From an uncultured Actinomycetota bacterium (GTDB taxonomy: Bacteria; Actinomycetota; Actinomycetes; Streptosporangiales; Streptosporangiaceae): a stretch of 64,000 nucleotides of DNA. The notes under the pieces were generated by a model, which ran no database searches, was not told the origin of the DNA, and saw only the letters and a program-made list of their open reading frames with translations. Location: positions 874,206-938,205 of the forward strand of contig CAWKKA010000004.1 of the NCBI GenBank assembly GCA_963850105.1. The letters are read 5' to 3'. Both the position numbers and the translations under genes were made by a program. Of the stretch, positions 19,742 to 27,925 are shown one piece after another. The stretch's first letter is position 1. Every line of letters starts with the position of its first letter.

Positions 19742-21379
19742 CCTCGATCTTTCGTGATCTTCGGTCGGTGGCGTGAGGTGGCGGCCTCGTCATGGTTTCC
19801 GACTGCCGGCTGTGGCTGGCGGCCCGGCTGTCGTGCCGGGTGGGCGGGGTTCCACGGCCCTTGGTTTCTCCTTCCGAGCTGCAGGGATGAGGGGTCTGGG
19901 TTAGCCGGGTGCGAGTGCTTGCAGCCGGGTGATGGCGTCGGCGATCTGGGTTACCCATGGCCACCGGGCGGCGAGGCGCAGGCGGAGCCGGCGGCTGCCG
20001 CGGACGATCCGGCCGGCTGCCGATAGCACCCGCAGCCGCAGGCGTTTGGGTTCCCAGCGGCGGGCGGGGCCGGTCAGCGCGAGCATGGCGGTCCAGGCCA
20101 GGAGTTCGCAGGCCAGGGCGACGATCTGGCACCAGATCTGGTTCTGGTCATATCCGTGCAGCGGCAGGCACCGCAGGCCGGTGTCTTTGGCGCAGCGGAT
20201 CCGGTTCTCGCACCGGGCACGGCGCCGGTGGCGTAGTTCCAGGTCGGCGAGCTGCCCGGTCCGGGCAGAGGTGGCGAACGCGGTGAACCGGTGGCCGCCG
20301 ACGTCGGTGAACCGCAGCTGCGCGCCCGGGTGCGGTCGTTCTTTCCGGACGATGACCCGCATGCCTTCCGGCCAGGACGACAGGTTCAGCAGGCCGGTGA
20401 GCTCGGCGACCCAGGCGCCGTCGCGGACCCGCCCGGCTCCGTCGTAAGCCGGGGTCCACGCCGCGGCGGGCAGCCGCATGATGGCGGGCTGCATGTCGTC
20501 GGTGATGGTGAACCCGGCCGAGTACTGCAGCCGCCGCCGGGCCAGCCATTCCAGGAACCCGTGGGTGCGGCCGCCGGAATCGGCGCGGATCAGCACCCGC
20601 CGCCGCGCGACTGCGGGGAGCTGGGCGAGAGCAGCGCGGGTCGCGGTGATGTGGTCGGCGGCGGTGTTCGACCCGGCGTTGCCGGGGCGGAGCATGACGG
20701 CCAGCGGCTCCCCGGATCCTTCCGGGCCGTGATCAGCAAACACAGTCAGGGGGTGGAACCCGTAGGTTTTCCACGTCGGCGTGGCCTGCTCCTTATCGGA
20801 GTGCACGGTGACGATGGTGGCGTCGATGTCGACCGGGATCAGCCCGCCGCCGGTGCCGGGCGCCGCATCTCCGGCCAGTTTCCAGGCGCGTTCCCTGGCT
20901 GCGGACCGTGCTTTGCCGATCGCTGTCATCGCCGCGGGCGCGTCCGCTGCGAGCTGCGTGACCAGACGGGATATGACCGGGTCGGAACCCACCGGCCCGA
21001 ACAGGCCAGGCTCGGCGCGCAGCACGCCGATGTCAGCCAGGCAGTCGCCGCCTAACGCCACCGCGACGGCCAGGTCGAGCACGATCTTGCCCGGGTCATG
21101 CATCGCCCTCGGCGCGCGCCACCGCCCCAGGGCGGCCGGCAGTCCTGCCTGCAGACCGGTCACCGTGGCAGTTTCGGTCAGCAGCAGCGCGCCCGCGTGA
21201 GACACGATCCCCGCACCGTCAGCAGACACCAGGATCTTCGGACGCCGGACTGTATTCTGCATGTGAAAAGTGCCTTCCGCTGAGTACGGACAGGACCCTA
21301 GACAAGCCCTATCCTCCCAGCTCAAAGGCACTTTTTCTTGAACGGCGCGCCTCAGCCACTATCCACCGAAAGACCGAGG
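19742..21379 (-). mobile_element. Intact IS1380-family insertion sequence (1638 bp) with 4-bp CTAG target-site duplication
   Basis: The terminal inverted repeats are cctcgatctttcg (19742-) and the complement of cgaaagaccgagg (-21379), matching 12/13. CTAG flanks both ends (19738-19741 and 21380-21383). One transposase ORF. Confidence 0.9.
19901..21262 (-). CDS. IS1380-family transposase
   Basis: MQNTVRRPKILVSADGAGIVSHAGALLLTETATVTGLQ...HDPGKIVLDLAVAVALGGDCLADIGVLR... is typical of IS1380. Confidence 0.9.
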   Translation of the reverse strand: MQNTVRRPKILVSADGAGIVSHAGALLLTETATVTGLQAGLPAALGRWRAPRAMHDPGKIVLDLAVAVALGGDCLADIGVLRAEPGLFGPVGSDPVISRLVTQLAADAPAAMTAIGKARSAARERAWKLAGDAAPGTGGGLIPVDIDATIVTVHSDKEQATPTWKTYGFHPLTVFADHGPEGSGEPLAVMLRPGNAGSNTAADHITATRAALAQLPAVARRRVLIRADSGGRTHGFLEWLARRRLQYSAGFTITDDMQPAIMRLPAAAWTPAYDGAGRVRDGAWVAELTGLLNLSSWPEGMRVIVRKERPHPGAQLRFTDVGGHRFTAFATSARTGQLADLELRHRRRARCENRIRCAKDTGLRCLPLHGYDQNQIWCQIVALACELLAWTAMLALTGPARRWEPKRLRLRVLSAAGRIVRGSRRLRLRLAARWPWVTQIADAITRLQALAPG

Positions 21380-21443
21380 CTAGCTAGTGAAGGCGCGAGC
21401 GTTGCCGCACCGGGTGTGCTGGCGATAGCCGGCTGGGGCCGCA

Positions 21444-22337
21444 TCAGTTGTGGATGCGCAGTTCGCGTTCGGTCTGCTCGTACACCCGGTCCTGAGCGTC
21501 ATGATCACGAGACTTCTTGGATGACTTTTTGAGCTTGGCCGAGCTGTAGTAGCCGCCGGTGGCGGTGGCAAGATCGGGATCTGCCAGCAGCCGGACACAG
21601 CCGCGTGACCCCTTCTCCGGCGGTCCGACGAACGGATTGGTCAACGCCTCAATCGTTTTGAACGGCCCGCCGGCCTTGCTGCCGAGACTGGTTTTGACCG
21701 CGCCCGGGCTGACTGCGTTGAACGTCAGGCCCTCGCCCTCATGGCGGCGAGCTTGGGCGTAGGTGTACATCAGGGCCAGCAGTTTGGCATCGGCGTAGGC
21801 CTGGATCTGCTTGTACTTACCCGGGTAGCTCCAGTCGGTGATCGGCTTGCCCCGCGACTCGATCAGGGCGGTCATGATGACCACCCGCGAGGGCGCGGCG
21901 ACATCATCAGCTCCCTTGCGCAGAAGGTCGAGCAGCGCCTCCGTCAGCGCTGCGGCGGCGATGTGGTTGATCGCGATCGTTCGCTCGTAGCCGTCCGGGG
22001 ACAGGGCCTTGGTGGCGAAGGCCGCGCCCGCGTTGTTGACCAGCCCGTTCAAGCCCTTCGGGCTCGCCTGGCGCACCGCCTCGACCAGCTCGCGGACGCC
22101 GGCCAGCGAGCCCAGGTCCCCGGCCACGGCCATGTACCGGCCCTTGCCGTTGCCATTGCCGGCCAGCAGGTCCGCTGCTCGTCTGGCCTGGTCAGCGCTT
22201 CGTGCGTGCACCAGCACGGTCGCGCCGCTGTTGCCGGCGCCTTGGGCTGTCTCATGGCCGATACCGCCCTTGGTGCCGGTGACCAGGACGGTCTGACCGT
22301 CGAGCCTTCCGGCGAACTGGGCGTCGAACTTGCTCAT
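21444..22337 (-). CDS. SDR-family oxidoreductase
   Basis: VLVTGTKGGIGHE (TGxxxGxG), NNAG, and the catalytic YADAK (YxxxK). Confidence 0.85.
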   Translation of the reverse strand: MSKFDAQFAGRLDGQTVLVTGTKGGIGHETAQGAGNSGATVLVHARSADQARRAADLLAGNGNGKGRYMAVAGDLGSLAGVRELVEAVRQASPKGLNGLVNNAGAAFATKALSPDGYERTIAINHIAAAALTEALLDLLRKGADDVAAPSRVVIMTALIESRGKPITDWSYPGKYKQIQAYADAKLLALMYTYAQARRHEGEGLTFNAVSPGAVKTSLGSKAGGPFKTIEALTNPFVGPPEKGSRGCVRLLADPDLATATGGYYSSAKLKKSSKKSRDHDAQDRVYEQTERELRIHN

Positions 22338-22474
22338 ACGCTTCTCCCATCAGGTGAGTCCTGCATGCCAGAGAACTTCGAGAGGACGTCGTCTCGCGGG
22401 CGGCCCGTACGGTGGTCATCCCGCCGCCGGCCGGCAGGGCCGCTCCGGTGAACGCCGCCGCGCTGCGGCTGGTG

Positions 22475-23223
22475 TTACGTCGCGACCCGGCCGCCGTCGA
22501 CCGCGAGGGTGACGCCGTGGACGAAGCTGGCATCGTCGCTGGCGAGGAAGACGATCGCCGCGGCGAGTTCCGCGGGCCGGGCCACGCGGCCTGCCGGTGC
22601 CAGCGCCGCGAGCTGGTTCACCATCTCCTCGGGGACGGCTTCCATCAACGCGGTGCGCGTCGGGCCGGGGGCAACGGCGTTGACCCGGACACCACTCGGG
22701 CCGTATTCGGCGGCCCAGGCCTTGGTCAGCAGTTCCAGAGCGGCCCGGCTGGCGCCGTACATGGCCATGCCGGCCTGCCCGAAACTCGCGACCATCGTGC
22801 TGACGTTGACGATCGAACCCCATCCGCGTTCGGCCATGGCTGGCGCGAGCTCCGCGACGAGGAAGAACGGAACCTTGACGTTCAGCGCGAAGGTCTCGTC
22901 GAACTCTGCCTCGGTGGCGGCGCTGCTCGGTCCGAGCACGGCGACGCCAGCGTTCTTGATGAGGATGTCGACGTGACCGTCGCCTGCCTCGGTGGCCCAT
23001 TCGACCAGGTCCCGGCCCGATTCGAGGTCGCTCAGCGTAGTGAGCCGGTACGTTGCGCTGCCTCCGCTGCCTTCGATCTCGGCGACCACGTCCTTGGCTC
23101 GTTGCTCATTGCGCCCGACTACCAGTACGCGGGCGCCGCGGGCGGCCAAGGCGATGGCCGTTGCCTTGCCGATCCCCTCGTCGACCCGGTGACAAGCGCG
23201 GTCCGGTCCTCTAGGTCAGTCAT
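22475..23223 (-). pseudogene. SDR-family oxidoreductase with a 1-nt frameshift in the NAD(P)-binding TGxxxGIG motif
   Basis: The ATG at 23223 gives MTDLEDRTALVTGSTRG. The rest of the protein, IGKATAIALAARGARVLVVG..., is in the -1 frame. The junction is the run cccc at 23174-23177; one extra C/G would restore the frame. Confidence 0.75.
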
Positions 23224-23311
23224 CGGCTGTTTTGCCCTCTCTTGTCAAAATGGGTTGCATAACTCACTTTGGCACAGCCGGACTGGGCTGTCAAACTCAA
23301 AAGTTGCTAGC

Positions 23312-23926
23312 ATGGGTGGCATGGTCAACGACACCAGCGTCCGGCCGAGGCTCACCCCCAAGGGTGAACGCACCCGAGCACGGATAGTTGAGAAGGCAGC
23401 CGCCCTGATCCATGAGCGCGGGGTGGCGGGCACAACCTTGGAAGACGTCAAGGTGGCAGCGGAAGTCAGCGGCTCGCAGCTGTACCACTACTTCCCCGAC
23501 AAGGACGAACTCGTACAGGCGGTCATCGACTACCAAGCCGACGCCATCGTCAATCGCAATCGGCGCGCACTCAGCAGCGCAGACGGCGTCGAGACCTGGC
23601 GGAACATGGTGCTCACCGCAGCGAAGCGCACCAAGGCTAAGGGGGGCTGCGCACTTGGCTCGCTTGCTGGTCAACTCGCCGAGAGTGACCCCGAGGCCCG
23701 AGCGCTCATCGCGGCAGGGTTCGATCAGTGGGCTGCCGCCATCGCCGATGGATTCAGATCCCTTCATGCCGACGGGAAGCTCCCGTCCGGTATCGACCCG
23801 GACGACCTCGCCATTACTCTGCTCGCCACGCTCGAGGGAGGGCTTCTGCTCTCCCAGGTACAACGGAGTACCCGTCCGTTCGAGACTGCGGTCAATACCC
23901 TCCTCGCCCTCGCCATCGGCAGATGA
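23312..23926 (+). CDS. TetR/AcrR-family transcriptional regulator
   Basis: RARIVEKAAALIHERGVAGTTLEDVKVAAEVSGSQLYHYFPDKDELV is the HTH. It is divergent from the frameshifted SDR. Confidence 0.9.
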   Translation: MGGMVNDTSVRPRLTPKGERTRARIVEKAAALIHERGVAGTTLEDVKVAAEVSGSQLYHYFPDKDELVQAVIDYQADAIVNRNRRALSSADGVETWRNMVLTAAKRTKAKGGCALGSLAGQLAESDPEARALIAAGFDQWAAAIADGFRSLHADGKLPSGIDPDDLAITLLATLEGGLLLSQVQRSTRPFETAVNTLLALAIGR

Positions 23927-24090
23927 GCCCAAGCCGGATTCATTGACAGCCATCGCCGAGGTCGGCTCACGAGCTCTTGGATGATGCACGTGCATCCACT
24001 CGATGCGCTTGCGGACACGCTGCCGTTCGTGATGCTGGACACCTCGTCGCGCCCGGTGGGTTGCTCCGGTCTGGCCTTCCGTGAGCCGCG

Positions 24091-24313
24091 GGCCAGGCCG
24101 GTCATCCGCACCGTCTCCCACAGCAAGACGGTCCCGGCCTGCGAGACCAGGCCCCGGCCGTCCGCCGACACCACGATGCCGTCGGCGCGTGCGCTATTCT
24201 TCACCTGAAAAGTGCCTTCGACTCGAACCGGATGGGACCCCTATCCTCCCAGGTCAAAGGCACTTTTTCATTTATATGGATAGCCGCCGCTTATTCCATG
24301 CGAAAGCCCGAGG
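24091..24313 (-). mobile_element. Truncated, diverged IS1380-family relic (left end plus first ~38 codons); inner boundary uncertain
   Basis: The end cgaaagcccgagg (24301-24313) is followed by ctag. The 5' UTR is collinear with the intact copy. The N-terminus VKNSARADGIVVSADGRGLVSQAGTVLLWETVRMTGL resembles MQNTVRRPKILVSADGAGIVSHAGALLLTETATVTGL. Confidence 0.7.
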
Positions 24314-24340
24314 CTAGTGCCACGCTGGCCAGGCGCGGTG

Positions 24341-24364
24341 GTTAACGCAGCCCGTCATGGGTAG
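24341..24364 (+). promoter_or_regulatory. SigB/F-type promoter-like motif GTTAAC-N12-GGGTAG
   Basis: gttaac (24341-24346), a 12-nt spacer, gggtag (24359-24364). It lies 79 nt upstream of the 24443 start. Confidence 0.3.
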
Positions 24365-24442
24365 CGGGCGCGCTTCGGGTGTGACGCCGCCATTGCCGGC
24401 CTCGCCACCGTCCTGGCCTCCTATAAGCGAAAGGGCACAGCC

Positions 24443-24805
24443 ATGCCGACCCAGAAGACGACAACAGACAACACGACGCCAGGCAACGTAACGCCAGAGC
24501 AAGCGATAGCGCGGGGCATCCAGGAGACCACGGCTCAGTTGCGCGAGACGGTGGGCCAACTGACCGCGAAGGCTGATCCGAAGGCGCGTGCCCAGGCCGC
24601 GGCCGGCAAGCTAACGGACCGGGCGCGAACCGGGGCCGACCAAGTCAAGACCCGGGCACTCCAGGTGAAGCGGCAGGCAGTACAGCATCGGCAGCAGCTG
24701 ACCGGACGCCCGGCACGGATCGCTACCGCGGCCGTGGTCTTGGTCGTCCTCGTGCTCGCCCGGCGCAGGCGGGGCCAACGGCAGGCATCCGCTGGTGCTG
24801 CCTGA
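24443..24805 (+). CDS. DUF3618-like protein with C-terminal TM anchor
   Basis: PEQAIARGIQETTAQLRETVGQLTAKADPKARAQ..., then IATAAVVLVVLVLA. Confidence 0.7.
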   Translation: MPTQKTTTDNTTPGNVTPEQAIARGIQETTAQLRETVGQLTAKADPKARAQAAAGKLTDRARTGADQVKTRALQVKRQAVQHRQQLTGRPARIATAAVVLVVLVLARRRRGQRQASAGAA

Positions 24806-24866
24806 GCCCAAGCAAGCCGGGAGCGGGTGCTCGACCGGGCGAGTGCCCGCTCCCTCCGATCCGCCG

Positions 24867-25052
24867 TTACCTCCGCCGTGAGCCTTCGTCACCAGCATTG
24901 GCGACAATCGCGGCGATGGGCGGGATGAGCCCCACAGCCACGGAGATGACGACCGCTGCTGTCACAGAGAAGAGCCGGACAACGGTCCAGGCGAGAACGA
25001 CGGCCGTTATGCATCCGCCCATCAGGATGAAGTAGGCGCGATCGCGCGTCAT
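24867..25052 (-). CDS. DUF3099-like small membrane protein
   Basis: MTRDRAYFILMGGCITAVVLAWTV...GLIPPIAAIVANAG. The start could also be 25085. Confidence 0.65.
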   Translation of the reverse strand: MTRDRAYFILMGGCITAVVLAWTVVRLFSVTAAVVISVAVGLIPPIAAIVANAGDEGSRRR

Positions 25053-25268
25053 GATGAGTCCCGTTACCTGAGCCCAGGGCTGCAAACCAAATCACGCTGC
25101 GGCGATGCCCCGGTCATCGCGTGTGGCGATGATGGCTCTCGGTACTGCATGAGGTCCGTTAGGGCCCTTTGCCAGGATCTATGGCGCTTTCGTGGGCATT
25201 GTCATCCAGATCTTCAGGCTATACCGCGGCCTGGATACCGCTGAGCTGGAGGCTACCCCGTTCCCTCA

Positions 25269-25324
25269 CGTTTGCTGTTTTGCGTTTGCGCTCTCACGTT
25301 TGCGCTCTCACGTTTGCGCTGTGC
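25269..25324. repeat. 14-bp tandem repeat x4 (cgtttgcgctctca), each unit carrying a GTTTGC hexamer
   Basis: Units at 25269 (degenerate), 25283, 25297 and 25311. The last GTTTGC (25312-25317) is followed after 13 nt by GGGCAG (25331-25336). Confidence 0.85.
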
Positions 25325-25558
25325 CGATCCGGGCAGCGGCGTGCAGGGTAATCGCGACGATCGGGCGGGGATACAAGATGATGCGGATACGGCGAGCAGC
25401 TGCTAGGACGCGGGCACGCCGCCGGCCAACCGTTCGTTGCCTCATTACCTGTTCAGCCCCGGCTGCAAATCGCATGCGGTTGCCGTGACAGCGGCTGGCG
25501 GCACGTACTGTATAGCCGGTGACGCCCTTGTGACCTACGCGACCATCGAGCCCGGGCC

Positions 25559-26686
25559 ATGAGCTCGATCTACGTCGCCGCGACCGTTGTCGCGGCCATG
25601 CTCAGCGGGTTCGGGTTCGTGCTTCAGCAGCACGCCGCTGAGCAGGTCCAGGCTGTCGAGTTCCTCCGCCTTGGGCTGATCGCCAAACTTGTTCGTAATC
25701 GTCGGTGGCTGGGCGGCATCGCTGCCGTGGTCGCTGGTGACCTGCTCGGTGCCTGGACGCTCGGGCACCTGACCCTGTCCATCACTGAGCCCCTGCTCAC
25801 CACCAGCCTGATCTTCGCGCTCGTCTTGGCCGTACCGCTGAGCGGCCAGGCGCTGCGCCGGACCGAGATCGTCGGCGCGGTCCTGTTGTGCGCGGGCGTG
25901 GCCGCGCTATCTGCGACCAGGTCGGTGGTATCGGCTAGCGAGTCTTTCGGGTCGGTCTCGCACTGGCCGGCGGCCGGGCTCATAGCGCTCATCGCCGCTG
26001 TCCTTGTCTCCGTGGGCCGCCGCCGATCCGGCATCACCCGTGCCGCCCTGACCGGTACGGCGAGCGGCCTAGTCTTCGGCATCGCCGACGCCCTGACCCG
26101 TTCGAGCGTCGAGATCCTGGACGGCCACCACCCGGTCCATCTGCTGGCGACCTGGCCTGGCTATGCCACGCTGGCCACGAGCCTGGTCGGGCTGTGGCTG
26201 ATGCAGAACGCCTTCAACGCGGCGCCCCTGCACGCTTCACTCCCGGCCGTGACAGCCGCCGAGCCCGCGGCCGGGATCGTACTCGGCGTGGTCGTCTTCG
26301 GCGATGTGGTGCACGTATCCCCCTTGCTGCTCGCGCTGCAGGCTGCGGCGATCGCGGCCATGGTTGGCGGCGTCATCCTCGTGGCCAGGGCCCCCGTCTT
26401 TCGTGACCTGCGCCTGCGCGAGCTGCCGCACGTGGCCCTCGAGCGACTCCAGCACCCGAGTCACCACCCGCCGATTCACCTGCCCATCCACCTGCAGAGT
26501 CACCCGTTGAGGCGCCGCGCGCCCGGCCTGGCTGCTGCCGGGCATGAGCAGGCCTCTGAGGAGATCAGGGCCACTCGATCGCCACTCGTCAACGGGACGC
26601 CGCTGTCGAACGGCAAGCCCGTGGTGCGAGACGGCAAGTCCGTTTCGCCAGACGGGAAGCCCGTCGTACGCGGTCGGGAGCCATAG
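25559..26686 (+). CDS. DMT-superfamily-like multi-pass membrane protein with ~100-aa low-complexity tail
   Basis: About 9 hydrophobic segments (SIYVAATVVAAMLSGFGFVLQQ..., GAVLLCAGVAALS...). The tail has NGKPVVRDGKSVSPDGKPVVRG repeats. Confidence 0.7.
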   Translation: MSSIYVAATVVAAMLSGFGFVLQQHAAEQVQAVEFLRLGLIAKLVRNRRWLGGIAAVVAGDLLGAWTLGHLTLSITEPLLTTSLIFALVLAVPLSGQALRRTEIVGAVLLCAGVAALSATRSVVSASESFGSVSHWPAAGLIALIAAVLVSVGRRRSGITRAALTGTASGLVFGIADALTRSSVEILDGHHPVHLLATWPGYATLATSLVGLWLMQNAFNAAPLHASLPAVTAAEPAAGIVLGVVVFGDVVHVSPLLLALQAAAIAAMVGGVILVARAPVFRDLRLRELPHVALERLQHPSHHPPIHLPIHLQSHPLRRRAPGLAAAGHEQASEEIRATRSPLVNGTPLSNGKPVVRDGKSVSPDGKPVVRGREP

Positions 26687-26871
26687 CCAGCTCGGTCATC
26701 CTGGGCTGGGCGCTCGATCTGGCCGTGATCGCGGCAAACATCAGTGATCGCGGCAGGCGGTCAACTGTGGCGAACCGCTCGTTTGCTATCAGCGCGGCCG
26801 GGAAGATGCAGACCCGCAGCGGCCAGGTGCGAGGCTGGCACCTCAGGGGCGGATCCGATGGCGGAGGTGTC

Positions 26872-27903
26872 GTGAACCCTGTCGAGAGGGCGGTGCGCCG
26901 CGTCGATGCAGCTCAGCAGCGGCATCTGGTCACCGCGTTCCCGGTTGCCGTGATCAAGAAATACACCGACGACAACGGCGGCGTCCTTGTCTCGAATCTT
27001 GCGTATGCGGCGTTCGTGTCCGTCTTCCCCTTGCTTCTAATCCTCGTGACTGTGCTGGTCAACATCGCAGCTAGCGACCCGTCCCTGCGGCATGCGGTGA
27101 TCGGGGCCGCGACCAGGCAGTTCCCGCTGATCGGCAATCAGCTCGCCAGGAATGTGCATGCGCTCAGGCGCTCGACTACGGCTGGCCTGATCGTCGGCCT
27201 GCTGCTGCTGCTCTGGGGCGTGACAAGGCTGGCGCAAGCAGGACTTTTTGCCATGGAGCAGGTGTGGAACTTGCCCGGCCCGGCCCGGCCCGGTTACGGA
27301 CCGCGCCTCGGCCGCAGCGTGGTGTTCCTCAGCGTCCTTGCGCTCGGCCTGATCATCAGCACGCTTCTGGCCGGTCTTGTCACTTATGGCCATCACGCGC
27401 TGGGGTTCCGGATGCTCTGTCAGCTGCTGGCCGCGCTCGCCAACATCGGGTTGTACTTCCTTTCTTTCAGGGTCCTGACGCCCAAGGGCGTGCGCTCGCG
27501 GCAGCTGGCGCCCGGCGTTATCGCCGGCGGGATCTTCTGGACAGTCCTCCAGGCGCTCGGTGCCTACCTGGTCCACCACGCCCTCGGCAGCGCCTCGGTC
27601 TACGGAATCTTCGCCACGGTGCTTGGCCTGGTGGCCTGGATTTACCTCTCCGTCGAGGGCACCGTCTACGCCGCCGAGCTGAACGTGGTGCTGGCCAGGC
27701 GCCTCTGGCCGCGGGCCCTGGTGCAGCCGCCGCTGACCGAGGCCGACCGCGCGAGCATGGCCCTGCAGTCGCTACAGAACCAGCGGCGTGCAGAGCAGGA
27801 CATCGAAGTCACCTTCAACGACCGGCCGCCCGGCACCCAAGCGCCGGAATCGACGCCCCAGCGGCCGCAGGACGTCGCGCCACCGGCTGAGATTAGACAC
27901 TGA
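26872..27903 (+). CDS. YihY/BrkB-family membrane protein
   Basis: LAYAAFVSVFPLLLILVTV...TAGLIVGLLLLLWG...VLGLVAWIYLS. The start is uncertain: GTG at 26872 after GGAGG, or alternatively 26725 or 26806. Confidence 0.75.
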   Translation: MNPVERAVRRVDAAQQRHLVTAFPVAVIKKYTDDNGGVLVSNLAYAAFVSVFPLLLILVTVLVNIAASDPSLRHAVIGAATRQFPLIGNQLARNVHALRRSTTAGLIVGLLLLLWGVTRLAQAGLFAMEQVWNLPGPARPGYGPRLGRSVVFLSVLALGLIISTLLAGLVTYGHHALGFRMLCQLLAALANIGLYFLSFRVLTPKGVRSRQLAPGVIAGGIFWTVLQALGAYLVHHALGSASVYGIFATVLGLVAWIYLSVEGTVYAAELNVVLARRLWPRALVQPPLTEADRASMALQSLQNQRRAEQDIEVTFNDRPPGTQAPESTPQRPQDVAPPAEIRH

Positions 27904-27925
27904 TAATTGACCAGATGAGGAGCTC

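Noticed and set aside
22412-23311. The 5' 300 codons of the 504-aa ORF that ends as the TetR regulator
   Set aside because: This part is antisense to the SDR pseudogene. TetR homology begins only at the ATG at 23312.
19742-24313. Composite transposon formed by the two IS1380 copies
   Set aside because: The intact copy has its own perfect CTAG duplication, which indicates an independent simple insertion. The second copy is a diverged, truncated relic. Both left ends face the same direction, so they do not bracket the cassette as inverted or direct functional ends.
25269-25324. Possibility that the short direct-repeat arrays (also 34607, 45932 and 61653) are CRISPR arrays
   Set aside because: The units are contiguous with no unique spacers, are only 14-17 bp long, and the window has no cas genes.
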